NCBI GenBank assembly: GCA_965178125.1
Contig: OZ237744.1
Location: forward strand, 868,001 to 932,000
Origin: Bilabrum cf. latius
Taxonomy: Eukaryota
DNA: 64,000 bases
Reading direction: 5' to 3'
The stretch's first letter is position 1. Each line of letters opens with the position of its first letter. This document shows positions 11,704-25,070 of this stretch, piece after piece. The notes under the pieces were generated by a model. The model saw nothing but the letters and a program-made list of their open reading frames with translations, was not told the DNA's origin and ran no database searches. Made by a program: the position numbers and the translations under genes.

Positions 11704-14700
11704 ATGGCGCACGCTACGGGCCGAAGCCATGGAATCAGTAGTGCGGGTGGCGTAGATCCGTACGCTGACCTTCATTTCAAGATGGCCAAGAAAATAGCAC
11801 AGCTCACAAAGGTGATATACCACCTGAATACCAGGAACGAGGATCACGAAGTGGAGATGAAAGCTGTTACGCGGCGGCATCAAACTGAAATAGATGAAAT
11901 TCTTTCGGATGCAGCCAAGCGTATTGCCTCGTTTAAGGATGCTGTTGCCGAGCGGCGGCGGGCCGCCGAGGCGGCATCCGCTGCCGAGCAACTTCGAGAG
12001 CAGATCCAACAAGAAAGGCACGACGCTAGAGAAAGGCTCCGAAAACAGCTGGAGAGCTCAGACAGAGAAAAATCGCAACTGCGTAGTGATCTGGAGCGGC
12101 GATCGGAAGAATTGCACAAGCAAGCAAGCGACATGCGGGACCGACTGGAGGCCCGAGTTCGCCAGTTCAAGCGCTTCATGGACAAAGTCTCTGGAAGAGC
12201 AGACATTAGCGAAAAAGAACTAGCTAGGCTGAAGGAGGAACAAGAGTCCGCTCGCCGAGGTCACGAGGAGGCCCTCAGGGCCGCGCAAGAGCAGGCTAGG
12301 TCGGCAAGCGAGGAGGCAGCCAGGCGAGCCAGACAAGAGGCGGAGGACTAGCACAGGCGCGATATGGAGGAGCGCTTGGCCGCCGCAGCGGCCAGACAGC
12401 TAGAGCTGGAGGCGGAGTGGAAGCAGTCCAGCGGTGATCTTGACCGAGACCTCGCCGACGCAAGGGGTAGGGCCAGCCAAGCCACCGCGAGGGCGGAACG
12501 GCTGGAGGGCGAGCTGGATGCCGAGAGACGAGCGCATATAAGAACCAAGGAAAACCTCGAAGCGTCCAAGAAGGAGACCGCGGATGCCAGGGAACAAGCA
12601 GCCGGGTATCAGCGCAAGGGGGAGGAGGCCTAGGACCAGCTGAGCAGCATGCTGCAGCGGGCGCAGGCAGAAGTGGCTCGTCAGACCGAGAGAGCCGACG
12701 GGCTCGAGCGGAGCCTGCAAGAGACAGAAAAGGAGCTCAACTAGTCAAAAGAAGCCAGATCAAAGCTTGAACGGGACTTGGATCAGGCCAGGGAGGAGGC
12801 AAGACGCACCATGCAGGAGCAGGGGGCGAGCCAGGAGACGCTCAGGCAGCAGCTGCAGCGGCTGCGGCAAGAGCTGCAAGCGAAGCAGGACAAGGCAGAC
12901 GAGCTTAAGCTTACCATCGAGCGGGAGCGATAGGGGCGAGAGCAAGATCGCAACAAGTGGGAGACGGAGCGTCGGGCTTTGCAGCAAGAGATGGAGGGCC
13001 TCAGGTCCCAGATCGGGGCTGCCATGGACGAGGCGTCCCAGCGCGCGGCCAGCGCGGGAGATCAGGTGCAGGCCCTCAGATAGCAGCTCGAGGATGCAAA
13101 GCAGGCATCACAGGAAGCGATGCGGAAGCATGAGCGCGCAATGCAAGAAGAAAATGCCCGCGGGAGAAATGCGTTGCAAGAGCAGGCGTCGGCACATGCG
13201 ATGGCGATGGGCTAGGCCAGCGCAGCCGCAGAACAAGCGCTGCAGGAGGAGAAAGGCAGGACCGAGGAAGCATCCCGCAAGCTAGATGCATCGGAGGCCA
13301 AGGTGGACGAGCTAAAGGTGCAGCTGGCCGATCTGCAGAGGGCGCTGGACAGCAGCAAGGCAGAGGCTCGGCAGCTCCAAGAGTAGCTGGATGGGGCCGC
13401 GAGGCAAGGGGGCGACTTGTCAGGATAGCTGTCGGAGGCCCAGTCAAAGATCCGAAAGCTCGAGCAGAGCGTAGAAGACACCGGAAAGCAGCTTGATGCC
13501 GAGAGGACAGGCCGTCAGGAGGCTGAGAAGGAGAGGGACGACCTGCGCGACAAGGTGGACAAGCTGGAGATGCGAGTCGCTGAGCTTCGTGACCTGATGG
13601 GCAGGGAGGCAAAGGCGGCCGAGGAGAAGCTTCGAACGCAGTTGTCTGCTCTCGAAGACAGGCTCAAGAGGGCCGCCGCCGAAAACGGAGACGCGGAGCG
13701 ACGTCGGCTACAGGCAGAGTTGGACCGCTCGAGGCGCGAGGCCGAGAAGAGGGCGAGGGAGGAGGCCGAGAGGGCGCGGAGGGGTGCGAGCGACCAGGTG
13801 AGGCGCATGGAAGAAGAGTTGCGGAGCAAGCTGCAGCAGGCAGAGGCGGCGACGAATGCCGCTGCAGAGGCGAGGGTGGAAGCTGAGCGACGGCTGGTGA
13901 GAGAGGGGGAGGCTGCCCTGAAGAAGCAGGCAGAGATGCAGGCTCAGGCAGACAAAGAGCTGGAACAACTCAACGCGCAGCACCAGCAGGCATTGTAGGA
14001 GCTGAAGAAGTAGCACAAACTAGAGATGGACTCACTCCGGGAATCGCTCCAGGGTGAGAATGGCGATGCGCTGAAGCGAGCCAAGGCCAGCCACGAGGAA
14101 GCACTGCGGAAGGAAAGGGAGGCATCGGACCGTCGCTTGCGAGAACTACGGGACTAGCACGCCAAAGAAATCCAGAGTTTGCAGCGAAAGCATGAGGAAT
14201 CGATTGAGGCTGCTCGAAAGGAGGAGCAGGATGCAGCCCGTGAGGCCATGCTTCGGATGCGCGAGTCGCTTACAAAGGAGCGCGATGCCGTCGAGGAGCA
14301 GCTGGCGCAGGCCGGAACGAAGCTCCAGGCAACCAGAGCGTAGCTGGATGCGGCACAGCAGGACAAGTAGCGGCTGGACCGTGCGTTGCAGGAGGCTGAG
14401 CAGCGGAGGCAGGAAGAGCTTCGCGCTGCCGATGGGCAGCTCCGAGAGGCCATTCGACGGGAGCGATAGGCGGCAGATGCAGCGCTCCAAGATGCGCGGG
14501 GACAGAACGAGCGCGCTGTTGCGAGACTAAAGGAATCTTTCGAGCAAGAGCACCTGCAGTGGGCGGCAGAGCGCAAGCAGCTTTAGGACGAGATCGTCGC
14601 GTGGGAGCAGAGGTACGAGGAGCGACCGAGCCGCCCCGACGACTTGGACAGGATTAAGGCGCTACAGCAGGCGCTTCGCAAGAGAGAGGAAGCGCTTGCA

Positions 14701-15342
14701 AAGGCCTTAAAGGACCTGCAGTACTTCCGGCTAGAGCTCATCAATCGCGAAGAGACGTACAACAAGGTCTTCGGGAGGTAGCCGAAGGTGGGCGTCATGT
14801 CTGTGGGCGACTCGCAGGCGCAGCAGGCCATGGGTGCAACTTCTATGGCCATGTCTAAAGGCGCACTCATGGCGCGAGCCTAGACAATCGTGCAGTCGCA
14901 GGCACAGGCTGTGCTGCAGCAGGCTGGGGTTGGACAGGGTGGCGTAGGCAGCGGCGGAGCAGGTCAACGCCCAACGCCGAGAGGCGCTGGGTCGGGTTCA
15001 AGGGGGTCGGATAGCGGCGGGGCCGGCGGTTTGACGCCAAGGCGATCGGGGCGGCTCGCGGGGGCAGCGCAGGAAGCCTTGCTAGGGGGAGGGGGCAGTG
15101 GCTAGCCTGGTGCCACAGGAGGCAAGCCCCGGACAGTGCTACCTCCAGTGCACGATTCAGGCTTGGGATCCTCCCGGCGAGGTGCTGGAAGCAAGACTGG
15201 AGGCGGTGGGCTCGGCGGAGGGCTTGCGAAGGGATCAATGCGAGCTAGGATGCAAAAGGTTCGGTCCAAGGCTTCCATGGGCGGCACCGAGAGCAAAGGT
15301 TAGCAAGAGGCAATGGCCAGGACCGGGTCATTCCGGCAGTAA
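11704..15342 (+). CDS. FAM184: FAM184-family coiled-coil protein (1212 aa)
   Basis: The N-terminal DLHFKMAKKIAQLTKVIYHLNTRNEDHE and C-terminal YFRLELINREETYNKVFG*PKVGVM-type motifs are the conserved FAM184 ends. They lie in one frame that contains at least 19 TAGs and no TAA/TGA until TAA at 15340-15342. Confidence 0.85.
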
Positions 15343-15468
15343 TTAGTATTAACGGCAATACCACCGCATTCTTTGTAGCATTGAAGCGCTAATACATTTA
15401 CTATTTCAATACTCCAAGTATGCAACGAGCTTTGCGCAGGGCACCACACAGCACCCTAGAGGGCCGAA

Positions 15469-18400
15469 TTACCCCTTGACCTCATGCAAACGCGACTTCG
15501 ATCTGCTGCTTGCGCGACGTTTGAAGATCCTAGTTTGCCGCCTTGATCGGGACGAGCCGCTCCTAGATGAAGACCTTGACCCGTGAGAACTCCTGCTACC
15601 TCGACTGGACGCCGACCCGCGCCGGCGTCTGGCCTTTGCCCGGCCGCCCCGCACTTTGTGCGAGGCTGCTTCCTGGGCTGCAGCCAGCTTATGGGCCTTC
15701 AGAAGGAGCTACTGCATGGTGCCCGACGGCGTCCCAGTGACTAGCAAGAATGGAGGCGGCTTGTACTTTGCGAGCGCATCAGCGACTGCCCTCTTCTCTG
15801 CCTCGGAGTCTCGACGCAGCCTGGCAGATCGGAGCAACTTGTGCACGTGCTTTGAATCTCTTGGCGTGCCCGCATGGGCACGAAGCCGCATTCGGAGTTG
15901 TTGCGCCCTGCTAGACGTAGATGGAGGAGGCTCCAGCCTGCGACTCCACGCAGCTGGCGACCTGATGTTGTGGTCATCGTGCGGAGCCTCGCCCGCGAAG
16001 CCGAAGGGTTCATCGATACCAGTGGCCCCACCCATCGATGGAGACACGGGCGGCTAGCCCACCTCTCTTGTGGTCCTCGGCACATTCATCCCGCTACCAG
16101 CTTCGTTGGCCTTCGCAGCTGATGCCACCATTCCCAACCGACCTCGCTTCCCGGCCAAGAAAGCACCTAGCGCGACGTCTTTGACTTTCTGCCGCCGATC
16201 TGCCGATTTCGATGCATGAGCGGCAGCAATAGCAGATTCGATAGCTGCTAAGCGATGTATAGCTATCTTCTTGGCGTGAGCGCGGAGTCTCTGGCGCATG
16301 TACTGCTTCAGCACAGCAATCCTCGTCCCGGCGTTGATCTGGTGGTTCAAGCTTCGCAACACCAGCGGGTCGCTCAGCAATGCGGTTTCACTGCCATCTA
16401 TCGTGTCACGCACCGCTGTGGCAGCTAAAGGAGTGCGGGGAGTGGAGGTGCCTCCAAGCGAAGAGCCGCCTGCCGCGGATCCAGGTCGCGAGCCAGCGCT
16501 AGACACAGGCCCGAACGTGAAGGCTTCCGAGGGTAGTACCGTGGGACCAGAGCCGGTCGGCATGCTTGTGTCGATGGGTCTAAGTGTGGGCCTTCTAGCT
16601 TTCTGTCCGCCGCTTGGCTGCTACGTTTGGTCGCCTGTTCGCCCCTATCCGGTGCGGCGAGCACCGATGTGATCTGGTCTCTGTGCGCCGACTCGAGGAC
16701 GGCCTTGCGGGGGCTAGGGTGATGCAGCCGGGCCACCACTGGCAACACCAGCAGCAGATGCAGGCATGATTGGTGCTGCCATGAGACCCCTAGGCGTGCG
16801 CATCTGAAGCGACCGGATGAGGTCTGCGGGTGCTGGGGCTGGCTTGGAGTTGGGCGATGCAGGAATCATCTTGGACACGATATCGTGGTGGTCAGCCCCT
16901 GAAGCTGTACGGAAAAGCCCCCGAATGCTCTGTCCACGCGTCGGTTGCTGCTCGGAAGTGGGACTTGCAGACTTGGCTGCACGGAGGAGATGGTCGGCTC
17001 CTCGACGACCACGCACAGGGATATCGTCGCCGACCTTGGCGACTCGCTCGTGAAGTTGGCCCATTTGGTCGAGAGACGCGCCTTTTCCAGTCAGTTGGCT
17101 TTCTGTTTCTTGTCTGAACGAATTTATCTGCTGCTCTCTTGCATTATCCTGCTGCTGTTTCTCTCGAATGCTCATGAGTTCCATTGCAGCACCCCACGCA
17201 CTGCTTGCGGAGGAAGCAGGCCTAGCTACCGATTTCTTCTTCTTGCGAGTCATGCTGTTGCGCTTGGTTCGCATCACCAGCCGTGAGCTCTTCATTCGCT
17301 GCATCGGTCCAATGCTGTGCATTGCGCCGGCTACCTGGTCAGTTTCAACACTTGCTACACTGCTCCCCATTGGGGACGAAGGCGGGCTAAACACACCCGA
17401 CTGTGCCCTCAAACTATGCGCACTGCCCCCCAACGGGTGACTAGCAGCCAGCCGAAACCGGCTCAGCTTCGCCGATGCTGCTGCCTGCCTCCATTTGAGC
17501 TTGCTGCGCAGCCTGGTTTCTTCTCGTCTCCACATGTGACCCAGCAGCTCAAGTCTCGCCGCGCTGCATGCGAGGTGGGACCGAATGCCGCGCTGCACTC
17601 GAACGACCATGCTGACCAGCTTCCGGATGTGCATGCGGATACGAGCGCCGTGAATCGAAAGCACATGCTCTCTCAAGAATGTGCGGATCAGTTCACACGC
17701 TCGGCGCTTGTTTTGTATCCTCGTGGCGATCCTGAATCGACCGATTGCCCGAACGATCATACCCTTCGATCCCCTGAATCGCTTCGCCCAAAGCCTCTCC
17801 TTGGCGCCCCTCCACAGCCTCTGAATAAACAGCGCACCAGCAAGATTGATCTTTCGCATGCGATCTTCAGCCAGCCCTTTGGCTATCAGACGAACAGAAT
17901 TCACAAGCTTGATGATTGTCAGCCATGCAGCCCGCCTCTCATGGAGCTTCCGCGCCTCTTGGTGCATGCGCTGCCTTCCCTAAAACCCATAGGCTAGCGC
18001 TATCCTCCTGTCCTCCAAGCGTTGCCTGCGGGCTCTGGTCTGTGCAAGCCGACGGTCCGTGTCCTTTGCACGGCGCCTGCGCTGGATCCACTTTGCAAAG
18101 GGGGTGGCGCGCTGCATGCAGAAGAGAGTGTTCTCACGAACGATGTCCCTACCACCGGATGTCGCAATCCGTTCAAGCCGATGCAGCGCGACTTGAAACT
18201 CGAGTGCTTCGTTTGCGTCTGGATTCTTCTTCAGTGTCTCGATTCTGTGCTGCATTCTGGCCGCTGGCGTGTCGCGCACGTCCTGCGGCAGAGTGTGCAG
18301 CGCAGTCAAACCTGACCGAATGGATCGCCTCAGCTTGGGGTCCTGCTGCACTGCAAGCACGCGTTTACGCAGCGTCTTGATGGTGGCGTTCTAGATCCGC

Positions 18401-21400
18401 CCCGTCATTGCATTCAGTACCTCACTTTCGGCCCCGCTCATTCCGCCCAAGCTGCCATCGGCCGTGTATTCCCGATCTGCAGGTGAGCTGGTCCGACTAA
18501 CACGAAGCTTTCCTCGCCGGTGGCCAGATCCAGTCGCCTCACCATCGCTTGCGGTTCCTGTCTACTGCTTATCAAGCCCGTTAGGAGAAGGCCCGTGATC
18601 ACCGTCGCTAAAATAGCCAGCTATATTTCCAGCTGCAGCACTTGCTCGTGTTGGCGAATCGAGTGCCACTGCGGTCAAGGCGAACAGGTCATCGGCTGCG
18701 AATCGGGTGCCTCCCATCGTCGGCGACTAGGCCCTAGGAGCTGGTTCAACCCCCGAAAATATGGAGTCACTGTCGCTGTCTGTCTGTGCAGTGCTTGCAA
18801 AAGGCACCCTCGCAACCACGGCGTCATCTGCGGCATGCTCTGGCGCCATCTAGAGACCCTCGATGGCGCTACCGTCACCTGCAACTTCGTCTGAAGGCAC
18901 ATTGAATTTGCCGATCTCATTCACATTCAGACCCAAAGAGTGTATTGTCGCAACGAGACCACTTCGTTTCGTAATTTCTTGCGACTGCGAGGAACGCTGC
19001 ACGGTAAGCTGCTGCGATGTGCGCCGAGCTTGCAGCCGAGATGCTGCTTGCTTGATCTCGTTATCGTTCGCAGACCCAGCTTCTAGTTGTGCTAGCCGCA
19101 GACGCTCGCTTTCTCGGGCGATCTCAACAGCTTCAAACTAAGCTTCCCACTGCTGCAAAGATATCGACTTGCGGCGGTTCTGCGGAGTCTTTGGCAATGG
19201 CGAGCTGTCTCCTGCCTGCGTGGTAGAGAGCCTTTGGCCTCTGGGAGATGCAGGGCCCATAGATCGATGACCACGGGCAATTTCCCGCTTTTCCTGCTTT
19301 TCGAAGCGCTTTCTTGCCCTCTGCACACTATTGAGCCTAGACCTTGCCGCGGATCTCACCTTTGCGTGCCGGGGGACGAGGATCTGCAAGTGCTGCTGAA
19401 CAGTCTGCTGGGACTGCATGCCAGACTTGACAGCACCCTTCGGCTTTGCCCGGGCAGAATCGCGCCTCTTCATCCTGCGGGTGTACCGGATAGTGCGACC
19501 GGATCCGAACCTTGGAGTCGTCCCTCCTTTCGCGAGGAGACTGGCCATTGTCTTCGAAGCATTCTTTGGAGAATCCGGGACGGCTAGCAGAGACGGGGAC
19601 CCCTTCAGCACCCTGCGTCGTTCAGACGGATCCAGTGGAGCCGGCATCATGTAGTTGCTGGCTCCAGTTTCATTGGTAGCAGAGTGAGCCCCATCGTCGT
19701 CGAGCTTGGCAGCAGCTGGATCAGCTTGCTCGTGCCCAGCGAGGGCACCAGAAGCTGGTGACATCGGCCTTGATTGAATCGAAGCCTGGCTCTGCAGAAA
19801 GCTGTACCTTCGCATATTGTAGCTGTCTAAATCCGGGCTTCGCATTGATTTTCTGCCCCTGTCTAGCGACAACACCCCTCGCCCTCGGTGCTGGAATTGC
19901 GCTGGCACAACAGAGGGCGTTAGTCCAGTGTCCAGGCCATGCTAGGCCCTACTCAGCTGAGAATCAGCCCGTCCACGACCCTATGACAAGTAAGAATCGC
20001 GTCTATCGTCAGACAAACTTGGCTGCACTCCGTCATGAATGCTGCCGTGCTTGCCATCGTCTCCAGCAGTCTCACTCCCACGCCTGCTACGATCGACGGG
20101 TTCCTCAACGATCGACCGCTCGCCATCAGGTCCAGATAAGCCATTGATCACGGTACCATCCGTGTGCGCTGCACTCCGTGCTTTGAGAGACTCCAGAACT
20201 CCATCCTGGTCAACCCAGCCGTCCCACCATTCCGATGGCCAGTTGCCACGGTCCTAGGCAGCTAGAGACCTAGCTCGAGCGGAAAGGTGAGACATGTCAC
20301 CCTGCTCAGTATCAACAAATGCGGTAGAATCTCTTGCAGATCTAGAGGCGACTGCGCCCGCATTGGTTCCAGCTGATGTTGCGATTCGAATGACCGCAGG
20401 AGATACTGCTCTTTCCACTGCAAGTGACTTGCCTGCGGATGGTCGCCACGCCGGCTTGCCATCCGGTCTCCTTGACCGACGGGATAGAACTGCCCAAGGG
20501 CCTCGGTCGTCAATGTACGCGTCTGTAGCATCCAAAGTCATGTGCTAGCTAAGCTTTGAGCCAGCTTCAAGGCCCTGGGTGACACGACCTAGTTTCCGCC
20601 GCTGTTTCTCCCTGCTGATGGCGACCGCATCCACACGCTCTGAGAGGTGCTCAAAGGCTTCCTTGTGCTCCGCCCCTGACGCTGCACCAAACTAACTGTT
20701 CCGGTCAGAACCTGCCCTGCGGCCGCGGAGGCGCATCTTCATTGGAGCTCGCCTGGATCCCACTGAGCTCTGTGCTCGTCTAGCACTCAATGATGGTCCG
20801 CGGCGCACTGGCGACACCACCCCAGTGAGCCCACCGCGAATAGCCGTGCGACGGGTCATGGCAGCTGATGGATCTATGTCTGGCTGACACAGCTGGCCCG
20901 GCTGGGTTTCATGGCTGCCAGAGCCAGGAGAGGAGCCGCGAGCGCTGCTCGTGGTCAATCCGGCACTGGATCTAGCAGATTCAAGTCTGGGGGTTGCCAG
21001 TACCGTCGAGCCAGCTCCCGATCTGGTCCCCTATCGTTGCAGTCTCTTCGCTTCGGATTTCGCCAATCCCTCAATCTCGACTTCCCGCTGCGCGAGGGCA
21101 CCAATGGGCGAGCGCGGATCGATGAGTCCTGGGCGCTCCCTGATCATCTGCTTCACCTTTGGGTTGTCGAGGAGCCATCCCCACGCCTCCGCTTGAGACC
21201 TTGCAGCTTCTACATGGTCCTTTGACAAGAGCTCCAGGGCTACTCTACGGGCCTCCTCCGGCTTGAGGTCCACCAGCGCCTTCGCTTCGTGCACGCCAGC
21301 CCTCTTCTTGGCTTGCTGCATGACGGTCCCGCGCTCTTCCTCCGAAATTTCGACCCCAATTCGTCCAATAATGGCATCTGCCTTTTTTTGCTCTGCCATG

Positions 21401-22053
21401 GCTTGCTTCCGTATCTCCTCTCTGAGCTTTGATGCCCCTTCACTCATGCTACCACCTGCGAGCGATGCAGCCTCTGACGAATCTGCCGCCGAAGGCAGCG
21501 TGCCAACCACTTTGTCGATGTCAAAAGACAGCTTGTCATCCAAGCCCCTATCATGCGGCGCAGCTGTTCCCGACTTTGACATATTTCTCAGGGTGTACTC
21601 CCTGGCCGTAACGCCTGCAGGCCGTTTTGGTGTTTGCCCGGCATCGACATCTGAGAAGAGCCCCTGTACAACCACAGAGGCTCGCCGAAGCTCACTTCCG
21701 AGTGCTTTGATTCTTTTAATGTTAGCTTCTGCTTCTTTGCTCAGCGCTCTTGCCGTTTGACGCTCTGCAATAGTACTACTGCGGCGCCTACCTCGGCTGG
21801 ATTGCACCGCAGCTGGAGCATTTGCTTGAGCTATACCACCGCCAAAATCATCATCGTTTAATAGTACACCTTCGGACTGTATGCTACTCCTTCTATCACG
21901 TTTAAGACTTGACAGGTCTCCCGGTTTCGGGGCGCGATACTCACTGCCGACAGATTCTGCCGTAACGGCAAAATCCTCGGCAATTTCACCAGCATTCCGA
22001 CGTTTATTCCACTTCTCTCTGGCTTCCTATCTTCGTCCGATCATCTATTCCAT
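15469..22053 (-). CDS. Very large IQ-motif-containing, largely disordered basic protein (~2194 aa)
   Basis: Nine ORF-track pieces share one frame, and I checked that the gaps contain only TAG. IQ-like motifs: ALFIQRLWRGAKER and VRVQRGIRSHL. The ATG at 22053 directly follows an in-frame TAA. Ends in TAA at 15469. Confidence 0.75.
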
Positions 22054-22278
22054 TTATAAACGCACGAATGTGCTAAATCGATTTCTGCCAGATTTGCACT
22101 CGTCACCGGCGCTCAACCGCTCGCTCGATCTGTGGACGGCGTTGGTCGCAAGGTTCGGGTTGCAAGGTGGTTGAGCCAGAAGCCCTGATTGTCTGTATGA
22201 GGAATTTGCATCTTGTCGTACAAATCTATATACCAGATACAGCTGTGTCAATTCGCATCGGACGTGCAATCCATGGGA

Positions 22279-24949
22279 TCACTTGCGCATCGTGGTGGCT
22301 TGCGATACGCTCACCGCGAACCGCAGCGAGCAGAGCGTCTCCTGGGAGTGCAGGTGCAGCGGGCACAGGTTGCAGATCATGAGCGCCTTGGCACCATCCG
22401 TCAGCGAGCTCTGCAGCATGCGGGTGAGCACGGATCCTCTGAACTGTGTGTGTCCCTTGCTGCTCGATGCGAGGTCCCGCATCACCTGGCCGAGCACGGT
22501 GAGGCTCTTGTTGATGGAGGTGGCTTCCTTCTTCAGGGCCGCCTCCTTGTCCGCGCCACTCTTGCTGATCCTCTCGCTACCTGCCAGATCCACCAAGTTC
22601 AGCACGCCGTGGCGCACCTGCTTCGTCTCCTTGTGCTCGCTCCGCACGAAAATCCGGAACACGGCGTGGGAGCGCGACGACGTCGCATTCGACTGCGTGC
22701 CCTTGGTGGACCGACCAGCCATGGCGTCCCGCAGCATGCACAGGAGTGCTTCAGCACCCGCATCGCTGCGCACCTCCACCTGCCTCAGCCCCTGTACCTC
22801 GCTCGTGTTGGTGGACGGGTCGAGCCTTAGAGTCACTACACCACCACCGGTTGGGGAGCCAGCTGCCGCTCCACCGGTAGCTGCACCGATCGACGAAGAC
22901 GAAGACGAAGACGAAGACGACGCGGCGACTCGCGATTTACGCCGTGCGGATGGCGCCGATGGCGGAACCAGGCTCTTGCGAGACGACTTTGACTTCGATC
23001 CCCTACCGCCGCTGCCGCTCCCCGCAGACGACGCCGGAGAGACGGCGCTCGATGCGGTGCTGGGTACCTCTACAACTTCAAGCCCCTCGTCCAAGCCGTC
23101 CGGGGCCAGATCCCTGATCTTCTCGTTGTAGATCTCGCACACGTCGGCCCGCACCTGCACGGTCCACCCGAGCTTCTTGAGGCCCTCCGCCCTGTCGAAG
23201 ATCTCCTCCACTGCCCGAGGAATGATGCCGCGACAGGGGTCCACCGATTCTTTGCCCTTGCTGCTGCTGCTCATGCTGCTCGTGCTGCTACCTGTGGCGG
23301 CCGCTGACGTTTTCGCCCTGCCTCCCTCCGGTCCCATCATCGTGAAGGTCTTGCCGGCGCCCGTCTGCCCGTACGCGAACATGCACACGCGATGACCGTC
23401 AATGGCGGAGTGTACCAGGCCCTTGACCTCGTCAAAGACCCCGCTTTGGTCCATCAAGGGAGAGAAGACCCTCTGAAAATCGAAGGTGTGCCTCTTCCCC
23501 TCCCCGACACCATACCCGCCCGTGCCCAGTCCGGGTCGCTCCGCCACCACCAGACGGGTAGGCTCTCCGTCCACGGCTGGGAACTCAAACAGCGGACTTC
23601 CCGATCCGTCTGCTGCTGCAGCCGCAGAGCTGCTGGAACTGGAGCTTGAGCCCGAGCTCGCGCGGGCCTTGGACGAGGCAGCCGCGATGTCCTTGCCTGA
23701 GGCCACCCGCCTCAGCTTGGCCATGTGCTTCTGCATCCCCGCAGCCTCCGCGCCCTTCTCCCCCCGCGTGGTGGGCCTTACACGCACAAACACCCGGATA
23801 GCCCCTTGAAGGTCCAGCACCTTTTCCTCCAGTGCCGCGCGCCTGGCGTCAGACACCTCGAAGCGGCCTCTGTAGCTGTCTGCCTCTGCCTGCGCCGACT
23901 CCATCGCGGCCTGAGCCTCTTCAGCGGCCTCTTCTGCCGCCTATATCTTATCACGTGCTTCCTGCAGTGCCTCTTCAGTGTCTGCCAGCTTGGATTCCAG
24001 CGCCTGCACCTCGCCCTGGATGGCCCGGCACCTCGACTCGGCCTCTTTGGCGCGGTCGTTCGCCTCGGCTGCTTTCTGCTCCGCCTCTTCCCTGCCCGCC
24101 TGCGCCTGCTCCGCCTTAGCCTCTGCCTCGGCACGCATCGCCTCTGATTGTTCCCTGGACGCTTCCTCCTCCGCGTGGTCCGCGTGCTCCTTTGCACTCC
24201 CAAGCTCCGCCCTCAGCCGCGCGATTGTTCCCTCGAGCTGGGCCTTCTCCACGGCGTACTGGGAGAGCTTCATGCGTGCTTCTTGGTGCTCGAGCTTGTC
24301 CTGGTCAGAAGCCGGCTTGTGGTTGCGCAGGGTTCGTTTGAGGCCCTTGATGATCCTGAGGAGGTCCTGCTAATTGCGGCGCTCCAGCTCGGGCGATGGG
24401 GGCAGCTCCGCCGGATCGATTCCGCGGAAACTGCTGCGTCGATTGCGTCGAGATGTCATGCTGCTGCCCCTGCGCATAGGCTTTGCCCCTCCTCGCCCCG
24501 AGCTGGGAGCTACGGCTGCTGGCCCGGAGCCAGTTCCAAGATCCAAGGGAGCTGTTTCCTTGTCACCTGACGGACTAGCGGGGCCAACTCCACTGGAACT
24601 TTTGGTTTTGTCTGATACTACAGTCTCAATAGCAAACTTGCGGGATCCTCCGACTGTCTTGCCGGTCTCAGTCCTCCTGCGCTTCCCTCCAATTTGGTTT
24701 CTACTTTGGTTACGCTGCGCGAAGACGATCAGTTTCTATCATCGACAATATGTATTATTAAAGTGAAGAATACACTAGATTAATTTTATATTTGCTTCTC
24801 ACTCGTTTCATTCCAGCGATAGCCTGTCCAGCGTCCGCTCGCTGCAGCATCCTGCTCGTGGAAGCATCTACCTTTGAGTCTTGGGACGACGATCCATTCG
24901 CCTTAGTTGACCCTCGAAGTGCCTGTCTTGTTGTTCTAGTTCTTCGCAT
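22279..24949 (-). CDS. Kinesin-14 (C-terminal motor, KIFC1/Kar3/Ncd-like)
   Basis: Coiled coil, then neck DLQGAIRVFVRVRP, P-loop FAYGQTGAGKT, switch I NATSSRSH, switch II DLAGSER and INKSL. Intron 24736..24802 (phase 0). Two TAGs in the tail/stalk. Ends in TGA. Confidence 0.92.
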
Positions 24950-25070
24950 GACGACTTTGATCGGTAGTTTTGCAATGTATTTGCCCCGCTAGTGCTTCAC
25001 AACGGACGGCAGCTGCAATACGTTTTCTGCACCTTACAACACTACGGAAAGGCAACTGCCTCAAATTGTG
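24950..25070. promoter_or_regulatory. Probable bidirectional promoter between kinesin-14 and ATG2-like genes
   Basis: Only 121 nt separate the two divergent start codons. This is inferred from position; I identified no motif. Confidence 0.45.

Noticed and set aside
11704-15342. Pyrrolysine, selenocysteine or programmed read-through as the explanation for TAG
   Set aside because: TAGs are numerous, sometimes tandem, occur in arbitrary contexts and in non-catalytic regions, with no shared downstream element. Selenocysteine uses TGA.
22283-23131. Long antisense ORFs opposite the kinesin (and 60566..61810 opposite the CDK)
   Set aside because: Typical shadow ORFs of GC-rich coding sequence. The opposite strand carries the conserved motifs.
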